From Aestuariivirga sp. (lineage in GTDB: Bacteria; Pseudomonadota; Alphaproteobacteria; Rhizobiales; Aestuariivirgaceae): DNA of 64,000 nt. A program made the position numbers and the translations under genes. Position 1 is the stretch's first letter. Every line of letters starts with the position of its first letter. The notes below the pieces were generated by a model. It had not been told where the DNA came from and did no database searches. It saw only the letters and a program-made list of their open reading frames with translations. Shown one piece after another: positions 28,631-38,315 of this stretch. Location of the stretch: positions 6,890-70,889 of the forward strand of contig NZ_JBAXGR010000008.1 in NCBI RefSeq assembly GCF_037139295.1. The letters run 5' to 3'.

Positions 28631-29760
28631 GCCGTCTCCCACTCGCGGCGGACGCCATCGTCCGTCTCGCCATTCATGCGCTCGTTACGCAACTGCGCGA
28701 AGTCCGGTTCGCCGATAAGGCGCGACAGCGCCCACACCGCCATGGCCCGCACGACGGGTGCCGGGTCGCCAAGCAGCGCCATCACCCTCGGCACCAGTCC
28801 GGCATCGCCGCTGTTGCCCGCCGCGATCAGCGCATTGCGGATGAAGCGGTCACGACCGATGCGCTTGATGGCCGAGGCGGTGAACAGGGCCCGGAATCCC
28901 ACATCATCGAGCGCCAGCAGGTCGGCCAGCCGCGGCGCCTTCAGCTCCTCGCGCGCCATCAGCTTCACCTCATGTGAGGCCTGCGCGAACTTGTTCCACG
29001 GGCAGGCGGCAAGGCAGTCGTCGCAGCCATAGATGCGGTTGCCCATCGCCTGCCGGAATGCACTGTCGATGTGGCCTTCGTGCTCGATGGTGAGATAGGA
29101 AATACAGCGCCGCGCATCGAGCTGGTAGGGGGCAGGAAAGGCATTGGTCGGGCAGATGTCGAGGCAGGCGCGGCAACTGCCGCAACGGTCTTCCTCGGCC
29201 GCATCGGGTTCGATTTCTGCCTCGGTGAAGATCGTGCCGATGAAGAACCAAGAGCCGATGTCGCGTGAGACGAGGTTGGTGTGCTTGCCCTGCCAGCCAA
29301 GGCCTGCCTTCTGCGCCAACGGCTTTTCCATCAGTGGTGCCGTGTCGATGAACACCTTGATCTCCTTCTTGGTGCGGTGCTTCAGCCACTGCGCAATGCG
29401 CTTCAGCTTGCCCTTCACGAGATCATGGTAGTCGCGGTTCAGCGCATAGAGCGAGATGACGCCGGAGCCCTTGTCCTTCAGGCGTTCGAAGGGGTCGAGG
29501 TCCTGCCCGTAGTTCTGCGCCAGCACGATCGCGGTGCGCGCTTCCGGCCAGAGAACCAGCGGGCTGGCACGGCGGGCTTCCGTCTCGGCCATCCACGCCA
29601 TGCTGCCGTTGTGGCCTTGCGCGATGAACTGGCGCAGTCGTTCGGCCTGCAGCGGGTCGGCAGAGAGCTTGACGATGCGCACCGCGCTGAAGCCTTCGCC
29701 CGAGGCTCTCTCGCCGATTGCCTGGCGGAGCGTGTTCACGTCAGAAATCGAGGTCCGCAT
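28627..29760 (-). CDS. queG: Epoxyqueuosine reductase
   Basis: DTAPLMEK, GWQGKHTNL, CGSCRACLDICPT, IYGCDDCLAACPWN. Start MRTS at 29760. Confidence 0.95.
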   Translation of the reverse strand: MRTSISDVNTLRQAIGERASGEGFSAVRIVKLSADPLQAERLRQFIAQGHNGSMAWMAETEARRASPLVLWPEARTAIVLAQNYGQDLDPFERLKDKGSGVISLYALNRDYHDLVKGKLKRIAQWLKHRTKKEIKVFIDTAPLMEKPLAQKAGLGWQGKHTNLVSRDIGSWFFIGTIFTEAEIEPDAAEEDRCGSCRACLDICPTNAFPAPYQLDARRCISYLTIEHEGHIDSAFRQAMGNRIYGCDDCLAACPWNKFAQASHEVKLMAREELKAPRLADLLALDDVGFRALFTASAIKRIGRDRFIRNALIAAGNSGDAGLVPRVMALLGDPAPVVRAMAVWALSRLIGEPDFAQLRNERMNGETDDGVRREWETA

Positions 29761-30424
29761 AGTGCGGGCCTGGCGCCATGCCGCGGATCGTGTCGGCCAG
29801 CAGCGGCCGGAAGGAGGGGCGCGACTTGACACGCTGGTACCACCCCTTCGCGATCGGGTAATCCGCCCACGGAACATCGCCAAAATAGTCCACCGCCGAG
29901 ATGTGCCCCGCCGCCGCGAGGTCGGCAATGGAAAGTTCCTCTCCCGCCAGCCACACGCGGTGGTCCACCAGATGCGAGATGTAGTCGAGGTGGTCGCGCA
30001 GCCGCACCATCGCCTGGCGCACGCGGCCCGTGTCCGGCCCGCCACCGCCCCTGTCGCGCTTGAGAAAGCGGCGGATCAGCTTTTCGGTCAGCACCGGTTC
30101 GGAGACCTCGGCATAGAACTTGCCGTCGAACCAGCCCGCAAGCCTCCGCACCTCGGCGCGCTCGAAGGCGTCACCGGGAATGAGGGAGATGCGCGTTGCC
30201 TTGGTCTCTTCGAGATATTCGGTGATCGACTCGATGCCGGAGAGCGCCGTTGAGGCATCCTCGAGATAGACCGGCAGCGTGCCCGCGGGGTTCAATTCGA
30301 AAATGTCTGGCATCGGCGCCCAGGGTTCCTCGTCGATCAGTTCCACCGGCACGCCATATTCCGCAAGGGCAAGCCGCAACCTGCGGCTGAAGGGATCGAG
30401 CGTGAAGTGGATGAGTGACGGCAT
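29741..30424 (-). CDS. fzlA: GST-family protein, FzlA-like (FtsZ-binding)
   Basis: LDPFSRRLRLAL, LNPAG, DYFGDVPW, KSRPSFRPLLAD and C-terminal HYADLDF, recalled as characteristic of Caulobacter FzlA. Confidence 0.8.
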   Translation of the reverse strand: MPSLIHFTLDPFSRRLRLALAEYGVPVELIDEEPWAPMPDIFELNPAGTLPVYLEDASTALSGIESITEYLEETKATRISLIPGDAFERAEVRRLAGWFDGKFYAEVSEPVLTEKLIRRFLKRDRGGGGPDTGRVRQAMVRLRDHLDYISHLVDHRVWLAGEELSIADLAAAGHISAVDYFGDVPWADYPIAKGWYQRVKSRPSFRPLLADTIRGMAPGPHYADLDF

Positions 30425-30425
30425 G

Positions 30426-30442
30426 TTAGGACGAATTTAACC
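30426..30442 (+). promoter_or_regulatory. CtrA-like binding site at the fzlA start
   Basis: TTAG-gacgaat-TTAACC, one mismatch to TTAA-N7-TTAA. Confidence 0.55.
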
Positions 30443-30582
30443 CTGTCATTGGCAACTATGGGCAGACAGCGAAACAAAAGCCGCATTTGCCCGGGATGTT
30501 GCGCGCGTATAAAACGCACGCGACCCCCGCGGCAAGAAAATCCGATTCAACTGCCCACGCCCCAAGCCCAGAGTTGCCATAC

Positions 30583-31407
30583 ATGCTTATCCTCCAGATC
30601 GTCGTGCTGGCGCTCATTCAGGGCATCACCGAATTCCTGCCCATTTCATCCTCGGGCCACCTGCTGCTGGTGCCGGTGCTCACCGGCTGGCCGGACCAGG
30701 GCGTGCTGACCGACGTGATGGTGCACATGGGGTCCTTCCTCGCTGTCATCGTGTATTTCTGGAAGGACTGCGTGAAACTGCTCATGGGCCTCATCGACAT
30801 GGCGCGGGGCCAAAAGAATGCCTGGGGCCGGCTGGCACTGCTGATCATCCTCGGCACCATCCCGGCGGTTGTCCTGGGTGTCATCCTCGACAAGCTGGGC
30901 TTCATGGATCTCGTTCGCCAGATGCCGATCATCGTGGCGTGGAACGCCATCATCTTCGGCATCCTGCTCTATGTGTGCGACCGCTTCGGCATGATCCAGC
31001 GGCGCATGGCTGACATGACAGCGATGCCAGCCCTCATCATCGGCATGGCGCAGGCCGTGGCGCTCATCCCCGGCGTCAGCCGCTCCGGCATCTCGATGAC
31101 GGCGGCGCGCGCGCTGGGCTTCGAGCGGCCTGATTCGGCGCGCTTCGCCTTCCTGCTCGGCATCCCGGCCATTGCCGGGGCGGGCGTGCTGAAACTGGGC
31201 GAGGCGTTGCATACCGGCGCCACCATCAGCACCTCGATGATCCTGACGGCGGTCCTCACCTTCTTCGTGGCGCTCGGCACCATCACCGTGCTGATGAAGC
31301 TCATCCGCCACATGAGCTTACTGCCCTTCGCCATCTATCGCGTGGGGCTGGGCGTCATCCTGCTGGCGCTGATTTACTCGGGAATGCCCTTGGGCGCGGT
31401 GAACTGA
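30583..31407 (+). CDS. uppP: Undecaprenyl-diphosphatase
   Basis: QGITEFLPISSSGH, AQAVALIPGVSRSG, FAFLLGIP. Confidence 0.96.
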   Translation: MLILQIVVLALIQGITEFLPISSSGHLLLVPVLTGWPDQGVLTDVMVHMGSFLAVIVYFWKDCVKLLMGLIDMARGQKNAWGRLALLIILGTIPAVVLGVILDKLGFMDLVRQMPIIVAWNAIIFGILLYVCDRFGMIQRRMADMTAMPALIIGMAQAVALIPGVSRSGISMTAARALGFERPDSARFAFLLGIPAIAGAGVLKLGEALHTGATISTSMILTAVLTFFVALGTITVLMKLIRHMSLLPFAIYRVGLGVILLALIYSGMPLGAVN

Positions 31408-32363
31408 CCGGCCTTTCGGTAGCGGTAGAGATAGCCCGGAACGATCCCCTCGATCCCCTGCGGTACCACGCCGAGGCCCTCCAGCGTGCGCTGCTCGCGG
31501 CGTGCTTCCTCGCTCACCACGTTGTCGTGGCGCAGCATTTCCACCTGGTCCACCGTCAGCATCGGGTTGGGCAAAAGGCCCATGATCGCGGCCTGCACCT
31601 TGGCGATGCCCCACGGCAGCGGCAGCAGCGCGCGGCTGCGGCCGATGGTGTCCAGGGTGAACTGCATCAGCTGCTTGAAGCTGAAGGCTTCCGGCCCGCC
31701 CAGCTCATAGGTCTTGCCGTCAGCCTCGCCGGCATCGATGAGGCGAACCACGGCCTCGCCCACGTCACCGGCGAAAACGGGCTGGAACTGCGTTTCGCCG
31801 CCGCCGATCAGCGGCAGGAAGGGCGAGAAGCGCGCCATCTCGGCAAAGCGGTTGAAGAAGCTGTCCTCCGGCCCGAACACGATCGACGGCCTAAGCACGA
31901 TGGCGCCGGGGAAATTGGCCCGCGCCAGCTTTTCGCCCTCGGCCTTGCTGCGCGCATAGGCGGCAGTTGAGCCGGCATCCGCCCCGATCGCCGACATCTG
32001 TATGAACACGCGCGCGCGCGCCGCCTTGGCGGCCTTGGCGGAAGCCTCGGCGCCAAACACATGCACCGCGTCGAAGCTCTGGGCGCCAGCGGAGTGGAGC
32101 ACGCCCGTCAGGTTGATCACCGCATAGGCGCCCTCGCAGGCCGCAGCGAGCGAGGCGGGGTAGCGCACATTGGCCTGCACCGCCATGATCTGCCCGGTGT
32201 TGCCAAGAGGCTGCAGGTAGCCAGCGAGGTCGGGCCTGCGGCAGGCCACGCGAATGCGGTAGCCGCGCCGGGCCAGCGCCCTGACGATGTGCCGTCCCAC
32301 GAAGCCCGAACCGCCGATGATGGTGATGAGTTTGTCGGATGGCTGAACGAGCACGGAGGTCAC
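31374..32363 (-). CDS. Complex I NDUFA9-family NAD(P)-binding protein
   Basis: GGSGFVGRH, LQPLGNTGQI, LRPSIVFGPED, FQPVFAGDV. Confidence 0.9.
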   Translation of the reverse strand: MTSVLVQPSDKLITIIGGSGFVGRHIVRALARRGYRIRVACRRPDLAGYLQPLGNTGQIMAVQANVRYPASLAAACEGAYAVINLTGVLHSAGAQSFDAVHVFGAEASAKAAKAARARVFIQMSAIGADAGSTAAYARSKAEGEKLARANFPGAIVLRPSIVFGPEDSFFNRFAEMARFSPFLPLIGGGETQFQPVFAGDVGEAVVRLIDAGEADGKTYELGGPEAFSFKQLMQFTLDTIGRSRALLPLPWGIAKVQAAIMGLLPNPMLTVDQVEMLRHDNVVSEEARREQRTLEGLGVVPQGIEGIVPGYLYRYRKAGQFTAPKGIPE

Positions 32364-32447
32364 CCCTGATTTTCGGTTGTGCGTGAGCTTTTAGCGCTGC
32401 TTTCCAAAGTATGCAAAGGCCAAGAAAACCCGTCCGCAGGACTGCGG

Positions 32448-32476
32448 TTGACAGCCGCGCCGGGCCTCTCTAAGAG
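32448..32476 (+). promoter_or_regulatory. sigma70 promoter of tRNA-Leu
   Basis: TTGACA-N17-TAAGAG. Confidence 0.7.
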
Positions 32477-32487
32477 ACGCCTCGCCT

Positions 32488-32572
<85 letters not shown>

Positions 32573-32604
32573 TTTTTATAGTCTACTTACGGCGGGACCC
32601 TTCG

Positions 32605-33216
32605 ATGGCGATCAAGCTTTACAAGGGCGACCTGCCTCCGGGCATCGATTTCGGAAGCTCCGTCGCCGTTGACACCGAAACGCTGGGCCTCGTTCCCCGC
32701 CGTGACAAGCTCTGCCTCGTCCAGCTTTCCTCGGGCGATGGCAATGCCCATCTCGTGCAGCTCGACCGCACGACTTATGACGCGCCGAACCTCAAGGCGC
32801 TGTTCGCCAATCCGGAAGTCACCAAGATCTTCCACTATGCGCGCTTCGACGTGGCGGTGATCAAGCAATACCTCGGTGTCGATACGGCGCCCCTCTACTG
32901 CACCAAGATCGCCTCCAAGCTCACCCGCACCTACACCGACCGTCATGGCCTGAAGGACCTGGTGAAGGAGCTTTTGGGCATCGAGCTCAACAAGCAGCAG
33001 CAGAGCTCGGACTGGGGTGCTCACATGCTCTCCGACCCGCAGAAGCAATATGCCGCGCAGGATGTGCTCTATCTGCATGAGCTGAAGTCCCGCCTCGACC
33101 AGATGCTCTCCCGCGAGGGCCGCGAGTCGGTGGCCAGGGCCTGCTTCGACTTCATCCCCACGCGCGCCGCGCTCGATCTTTCGGGCTGGACCGAGGAAGA
33201 TGTCTTCGCCCACTGA
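32605..33216 (+). CDS. rnd: Ribonuclease D-like 3'-5' exonuclease (short alphaproteobacterial form)
   Basis: VAVDTETLGL, KIFHYARFD, CTKIASKL, KQQQSSDWG, YAAQDV (DEDDy). ATG at 32605. Confidence 0.9.
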   Translation: MAIKLYKGDLPPGIDFGSSVAVDTETLGLVPRRDKLCLVQLSSGDGNAHLVQLDRTTYDAPNLKALFANPEVTKIFHYARFDVAVIKQYLGVDTAPLYCTKIASKLTRTYTDRHGLKDLVKELLGIELNKQQQSSDWGAHMLSDPQKQYAAQDVLYLHELKSRLDQMLSREGRESVARACFDFIPTRAALDLSGWTEEDVFAH

Positions 33217-33832
33217 TCAAGCCAGGAAGGCCGTCAGGGCCGCAGCGCTGTCCCGCCTGCTCAGCTGGCTGGCGGCTGCGGTTGGCATCGGCTTCGTCAT
33301 CACCTTCCTCGCCCAGGCGGGATTGTTCCACGCGCTGTTGCCGCAGCCGGCCACGGCGCCGCTGCCCGACGTCGAGCCAGACCGCATCACCGCAGGTTCC
33401 TCCACCGTCACCGGCATCGACGACGAGAAGCAACCCTATGAAGTCACCGCCAGGCGCGGCTGGCAGGATGGCACCACCCCCAACCTCGTCCATCTCGAGG
33501 ATCCGGTCGGCCTGTTCCGGCGCGCCAGCGGCACCAAATATTCGATCACCGGCGCCAGCGGCCTTTACAACACCGACACCAAGTCGCTTCAATTGGAGGG
33601 CAAAGTGGTGCTGGAACAAAAGGGCCGCTTCACCGCCCGCATGGAAAAGGCCCAGATCGCCGTGAAGGAGAAGAAGCTCACCTCCGACACGGCCGTGACG
33701 GCGGATTTCGCCTCCGGCACGGTGAATGCCAACGGCATGCAAATAACCGATGACGGTGCCCGAATTCTGTTCTTGAATGGTGTCAAGGCGCGGTTCACCG
33801 CGTCAGAGGGCAAGGGAGACACGAATCCATGA
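33200..33832 (+). CDS. lptC: LPS export protein LptC family
   Basis: Single N-terminal TM segment followed by a beta-jellyroll-like region; upstream of lptA/lptB. Confidence 0.78.
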   Translation: MSSPTDQARKAVRAAALSRLLSWLAAAVGIGFVITFLAQAGLFHALLPQPATAPLPDVEPDRITAGSSTVTGIDDEKQPYEVTARRGWQDGTTPNLVHLEDPVGLFRRASGTKYSITGASGLYNTDTKSLQLEGKVVLEQKGRFTARMEKAQIAVKEKKLTSDTAVTADFASGTVNANGMQITDDGARILFLNGVKARFTASEGKGDTNP

Positions 33833-34371
33833 CTTTGAGGCTCACCGCCTGCGCTGCGGCACTGTTCCTGTTCGCTGCCGCGCCGGCCCTCGCCCAGGAG
33901 GCGACGAAGACTGACGCCCCCACGGCCACCAAGACCGTTGGCAAGAAGGACGCCAAACCGGCGAAGCCCGCCACGCCCGTCGATATCGTGTCGAACGAAA
34001 TGGAAATCCTCGACGCCGAGAAGAAGGCCATCTTCCGCGGCGCGGTGGATGCCACGCGCGGCGACACCAATATCAAGTCTGATACGCTGACCGTCACCTA
34101 TGCCGACGTTAAGCAGCCGGACGGCACCACCAAGACCGATGCCACCGACCTTGATGCCAAGGGCAACGTGACCATCACCACACCCAAGGAGACGATCACC
34201 GGCGACTGGGCGAAATACGATCCGCAGACCGAGAAGCTCACGGTCGGCGGCAATGTGAAGCTCGTGCAGGAAACCACCGTGCTGCAGGGCAACCTGCTCG
34301 AAACCGACATGAAGACCAACCGCACCCAGATGAAGGGTGGCCGCGTCAAGGGCAGCTTCCTTCCGAAGTGA
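33829..34371 (+). CDS. lptA: LPS export periplasmic protein LptA/OstA
   Basis: Signal peptide; PVDIVSNEMEI, AIFRGAVDATRG, GGRVKGSFLP. Confidence 0.85.
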   Translation: MTLRLTACAAALFLFAAAPALAQEATKTDAPTATKTVGKKDAKPAKPATPVDIVSNEMEILDAEKKAIFRGAVDATRGDTNIKSDTLTVTYADVKQPDGTTKTDATDLDAKGNVTITTPKETITGDWAKYDPQTEKLTVGGNVKLVQETTVLQGNLLETDMKTNRTQMKGGRVKGSFLPK

Positions 34372-34456
34372 GGCGCCTTATCTAAAATTAACCTATTGGG
34401 TGGACACTCATTTGGCGCGTGACGAAGACGTAGTGGCAGACAGGCAGGCAAAGGCA

Positions 34457-35239
34457 ATGGCGCCCCGGCGGGCACAGATTCCGCAGACGAGCGCGAGCGC
34501 CTCTACCTTCCGCGAGCGTCCGGGCCTCGTCGTCGAGGGACTGCGGAAGTCCTACAAGCGGCGGCCCGTGGTGCGGGATGTCTCGCTCTCCGTCAGGCGT
34601 GGTGAAGCTGTGGGACTTCTGGGACCCAATGGCGCCGGCAAGACCACGGTGTTCTACATGATCACCGGGCTCATTGCCGCCGACAGCGGCCGGATCAGCC
34701 TCGATGGCGCCGATATCACCCATTTGCCCATGTACCGCCGCGCGCGGCTGGGCATTGGCTATTTGGCGCAGGAAAGCTCGATCTTCCGCGGCCTCACGGT
34801 GGAGGAAAACATTCGCGCCGTGCTGGAGCTGACCGAGGGCTCGAAGCAGAAGCGCGAAGCCAAGTTGCGTGAGTTGCTCGATGAGTTCTCCATCACCCAC
34901 ATCCGGAATTCGCCGGCTGTTGCGCTCTCTGGCGGCGAGCGTCGCCGCGTGGAAATCGCCCGAGCGCTTGCAGCCGATCCCGAATTCATGCTCCTCGACG
35001 AACCCTTCGCCGGAATTGATCCGATTGCGATCGGTGATATTCGCCGCCTGGTGCGACAGCTCACCTCTCGGGGAATCGGGGTGCTTGTTACGGATCACAA
35101 CGTCCGCGAAACACTCGAACTCATCGACAAGGCCCTCATCATCCATGAGGGCCAGGTCCTGACCGAGGGCACGCCACAGGAAATCGTCTCCCATCCGGAT
35201 GTCCGGCGCTATTATCTTGGCGCCGATTTCACCCTGTAA
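34457..35239 (+). CDS. lptB: LPS export ABC ATPase
   Basis: GPNGAGKTT, GYLAQESSIFRGL, LSGGERRRVEIARAL, LDEPFAGIDP, TDHNVRETL. Exact start uncertain. Confidence 0.95.
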   Translation: MAPRRAQIPQTSASASTFRERPGLVVEGLRKSYKRRPVVRDVSLSVRRGEAVGLLGPNGAGKTTVFYMITGLIAADSGRISLDGADITHLPMYRRARLGIGYLAQESSIFRGLTVEENIRAVLELTEGSKQKREAKLRELLDEFSITHIRNSPAVALSGGERRRVEIARALAADPEFMLLDEPFAGIDPIAIGDIRRLVRQLTSRGIGVLVTDHNVRETLELIDKALIIHEGQVLTEGTPQEIVSHPDVRRYYLGADFTL

Positions 35240-35255
35240 GGGGGAGCGCTAGCCC

Positions 35256-36773
35256 ATGGCGCTGAACCAGCGGCTCGACCTCCGCCAGGGCCAGTCCCTG
35301 GTGATGACGCCGCAATTGCAGCAGGCCATCAAGCTGCTGCAGATGTCCAACATGGAACTTCAGGCCTTCGTCGACCAGGAGCTCGAGCGCAATCCGCTGC
35401 TGGAGCGTGACGAGCGCCCGGAAGTCCAGAAGCAGGCGACGGACGCCCCCGAAGGGCAGACGGACATGGTCTCCGCACTCGCCTCCAACACCGGCGCCGA
35501 AGAGCGCCTGCGCACACTCGATACCGAACTCGAGAATGTCTACACCCACGAGTCCCGTGCCGATGCGGCCAACCGTGAGTCGATGGGCCCTCCGCCCGAT
35601 TCCGGCTGGGCCTCGCTCCGCCCGCAGGGGGCTCTCTCGCTCGATGCCGAGGGTACTGATTTCGACGCGACACTCACTCGCCAGCCGACGCTCGCCGAAC
35701 ACCTCACCGACCAGATGCACCTCGTTCTCGGCGAACCCGCCGAACAGCTGATCGGCCAGCACCTGATCGGCAGCCTCAACGAGGCGGGCTATCTCATCGG
35801 AGACGTGGCCTCGATGGCCGAAACGCTCGGCACCTCGGTGGATCATGTCGAGGCGGTGCTGACGAGGCTCCAGGCCTGCGACCCGCCCGGCGTCTTCGCC
35901 CGCGACCTCAAGGAATGCCTGGCCCTGCAGCTGAAGGAGCGTGACCGCTTCGACCCTGCAATGGCCACCCTCGTCGCCCACCTCGACCTGGTGGCACGGC
36001 GTGACTACGTGGCGCTGAAGAGCCTCTGTCGCGTTGACGTCGAGGACCTGAAGGACATGCTGGCCGAGCTCCGCGCGCTCGACCCCAAGCCCGGCCACGC
36101 CTTTGGCGCCGAGCCGGTGCAGCCGGTGATCCCGGACGTCATCGTGCGCCCCTCGCCCGAGGGTGCCTGGATCGTCGAACTCAACACTGAGACGCTGCCG
36201 CGCGTGCTCATCAACAACCAGTACCTCGCCCGCGTCTCCGCCAATGCCCAGAGGAGCGAGGACAAGGTCTACCTGTCGGAATGCCAGGCCAACGCCACCT
36301 GGCTGGTGAAAAGCCTCGACCAGCGCGCCAAGACCATCCTCAAGGTGGCGCGCGAGATCGTCCGCCAGCAGGACGCCTTCCTGATGCTGGGTGTCCAGCA
36401 CCTGCGTCCCCTCAACCTGCGCACCGTGGCGGATGCAATCGAGATGCACGAGTCGACCGTCAGCCGCGTTACCTCCAACAAATACATGTCCACGCCGCGC
36501 GGCATCTTCGAGCTGAAGTATTTCTTCACCACCGCCATCGCCTCCTCCGATTCGGATGGTGACGCCCATTCCGCCGAGGCCGTCCGCCACCGCATCCGTG
36601 AGTTGATCGCGGAGGAGGGCGAGAACGTGCTTTCAGACGACACTATCGTCGACAGGTTGAAGGCATCGGGCATTGAAATCGCCCGCCGCACCGTCGCCAA
36701 GTACAGGGAAACTCTTGGTATTCCGTCCTCCGTGCAGCGCCGCCGCGAGGCCCGGGTCCAGTCGGCCCGATAG
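35256..36773 (+). CDS. rpoN: RNA polymerase sigma-54 factor
   Basis: MTPQLQQAIKLLQ, HESTVSR, RpoN box ARRTVAKYRE. Confidence 0.98.
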   Translation: MALNQRLDLRQGQSLVMTPQLQQAIKLLQMSNMELQAFVDQELERNPLLERDERPEVQKQATDAPEGQTDMVSALASNTGAEERLRTLDTELENVYTHESRADAANRESMGPPPDSGWASLRPQGALSLDAEGTDFDATLTRQPTLAEHLTDQMHLVLGEPAEQLIGQHLIGSLNEAGYLIGDVASMAETLGTSVDHVEAVLTRLQACDPPGVFARDLKECLALQLKERDRFDPAMATLVAHLDLVARRDYVALKSLCRVDVEDLKDMLAELRALDPKPGHAFGAEPVQPVIPDVIVRPSPEGAWIVELNTETLPRVLINNQYLARVSANAQRSEDKVYLSECQANATWLVKSLDQRAKTILKVAREIVRQQDAFLMLGVQHLRPLNLRTVADAIEMHESTVSRVTSNKYMSTPRGIFELKYFFTTAIASSDSDGDAHSAEAVRHRIRELIAEEGENVLSDDTIVDRLKASGIEIARRTVAKYRETLGIPSSVQRRREARVQSAR

Positions 36774-36776
36774 GGT

Positions 36777-36805
36777 TTGACGGGGCACCCGCCCTCGACT
36801 AGGTT
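36777..36805 (+). promoter_or_regulatory. sigma70 promoter upstream of hpf
   Basis: TTGACG-N17-TAGGTT; a second, RpoH-like GTTGAC-N16-CCCATGT lies at 36904-36932. Confidence 0.55.
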
Positions 36806-36969
36806 CCGCCCGCTTCGTAACGGCAGGCCTCGACCAAGGGGCTTGGCCCAGGGAAGTCAGCGAAGCAGCGCAACCGCGTTTCTCGGGCCAGCGAGACAGG
36901 CCAGTTGACGTGTCAGGCAAACGCGCCCATGTGTAGAGACAGGGCGAAGCAGGGATATTTGCGACGACC

Positions 36970-37539
36970 ATGCAGATCAAAGTCACCGGTAAGAACCTCG
37001 ATGTCGGCGGCGCCTTGCGTGAGCACATCCAGACCCGCCTGAGCCTCCTCCAGCAGAAGTATTTCGATGCCACCGTGCACGCCAACGTGACGGTCGAGAA
37101 GCAGCGTGGCTTCTTCCTCACTGACTGCGCGCTGCATCTGGCCACCGGCCTCGTGCTGCAGGCCGAGGGCAAGGGCGCGGAAGCCCATCCGAGCTTCGAT
37201 GAGGCTGCAACCCACCTCGAAAAGCAGCTCCGCCGCTACAAGCAGCGCCTCAAGGACCACCACCGCAAGCGCAATGAGCCGGTGCGCCAGTTCGAGGCCC
37301 AGAGCTACGTCATCGAGCCCGCCTCGGACGAGCACGACACGCAGGGCGACAATCCGGTCATCATCGCCGAAACCGGCCTCAAGCTGCCGGAACTCTCGGT
37401 GGGCGAGGCGGTCATGCAGCTCGACATTTCCACCCAGCCCTTCCTGCTGTTCCGCAATGGCGGCCACGGCGGCCTCAACCTGGTCTACAGGCGTCCTGAC
37501 GGCAACATCGGCTGGGTCGATCCCAAGCCGGCGGCCTGA
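36970..37539 (+). CDS. hpf: Ribosome hibernation promoting factor (long HPF)
   Basis: MQIKVTGKNLDVG, EKQLRRYKQRLKDH, EAVMQLD, LVYRRPDGNIGWVDP. Confidence 0.94.
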   Translation: MQIKVTGKNLDVGGALREHIQTRLSLLQQKYFDATVHANVTVEKQRGFFLTDCALHLATGLVLQAEGKGAEAHPSFDEAATHLEKQLRRYKQRLKDHHRKRNEPVRQFEAQSYVIEPASDEHDTQGDNPVIIAETGLKLPELSVGEAVMQLDISTQPFLLFRNGGHGGLNLVYRRPDGNIGWVDPKPAA

Positions 37540-37569
37540 CGCGCGACCTTCACGGGGACCTGACCCGAC

Positions 37570-38046
37570 ATGACCCTCGATGCCCTGATCGACAAGCAGT
37601 CCGTTCTCGCCAACCTCAAGGCGCCGAACAAGAAGCAGCTGCTGCAGGAACTCTCCCAGGCGCTCGCCACCCAGGTGGCGATCGACCACCGGGTGATTTT
37701 CGAAGTCCTCCTGAAGCGTGAGAAGCTGGGCTCAACCGGGCTCGGCCAGGGCATCGCCATCCCGCATGGCAAGCTGCCGTCGATCAACCGCGTCTATGGC
37801 CTCTTCGCCAGACTCGCCCAGCCCGTCGATTTCGACTCGGTTGATGGCCAGCCGGTTGACCTGGTCTTCGTGCTGCTCGCCCCCGAGGATGCCGGTGCCG
37901 ACCACCTCAAGGCGCTCGCCAAGATCTCCCGCCTGCTGCGCGACCCTGCCGTGGTCGCCAAGCTGCGCGGCACGGACGATGCCCAGGGCCTCTACGCCAT
38001 CCTCACCGAGCCCGCAGCCAACCCGAAGTCCGCCTCGGCGGCCTGA
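37570..38046 (+). CDS. ptsN: PTS IIA-like nitrogen regulatory protein
   Basis: REKLGSTGLGQGIAIPHGK, PVDLVFVLLAP, HLKALAKISR. Confidence 0.95.
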   Translation: MTLDALIDKQSVLANLKAPNKKQLLQELSQALATQVAIDHRVIFEVLLKREKLGSTGLGQGIAIPHGKLPSINRVYGLFARLAQPVDFDSVDGQPVDLVFVLLAPEDAGADHLKALAKISRLLRDPAVVAKLRGTDDAQGLYAILTEPAANPKSASAA

Positions 38047-38070
38047 CCAGGCGCCGAGCCGCCCTCAACC

Positions 38071-38149
38071 CATCATGCCCGGGCTCGACCCGGGCATCCT
38101 CTTTCGTGGTCGCCAAAGAAGACCGCCGGGTCAGGCCCGGGGATGATGA
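38071..38149. repeat. REP-like palindromic dimer (same family as 23564)
   Basis: catcatgcccgggctcgacccgggcatcc ... gaccgccgggtcaggcccggggatgatga. Confidence 0.75.
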
Positions 38150-38153
38150 CCAT

Positions 38154-38310
38154 GGACGGCGAAAGACGGTGGACCCACTCCTCCCTCCTCGCCGGAAGGG
38201 GGTCTCCCCGCACGCACTCCGGCCTTGGCCGGGGGGAGGGAGCATCCGGGATGGGCTTTGGCGCGCCGTCCCGGGAAATTATTCACAATGTCAATCAGCA
38301 GCAATTACTG
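38154..38310 (-). ncRNA. Candidate small RNA (long irregular hairpin)
   Basis: Lies downstream of an orphan sigma70 promoter, with no credible ORF. Nested stems 38154-61/38264-71, 38162-65/38256-59, 38174-78/38251-55, 38181-88/38235-42. Confidence 0.4.
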
Positions 38311-38315
38311 ACTGA

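Noticed and set aside
28627-30045. 472-aa extended QueG; likewise the 5' extensions of phasin, ureD, choV, rnd, uppP and lptB
   Set aside because: The extensions run through neighbouring genes or tRNAs; downstream starts have RBS or coupling support.
34377-34393. CtrA-like site before lptB (CTTA-N7-TTAACC)
   Set aside because: Two mismatches in the first half-site; only a half-site is convincing.
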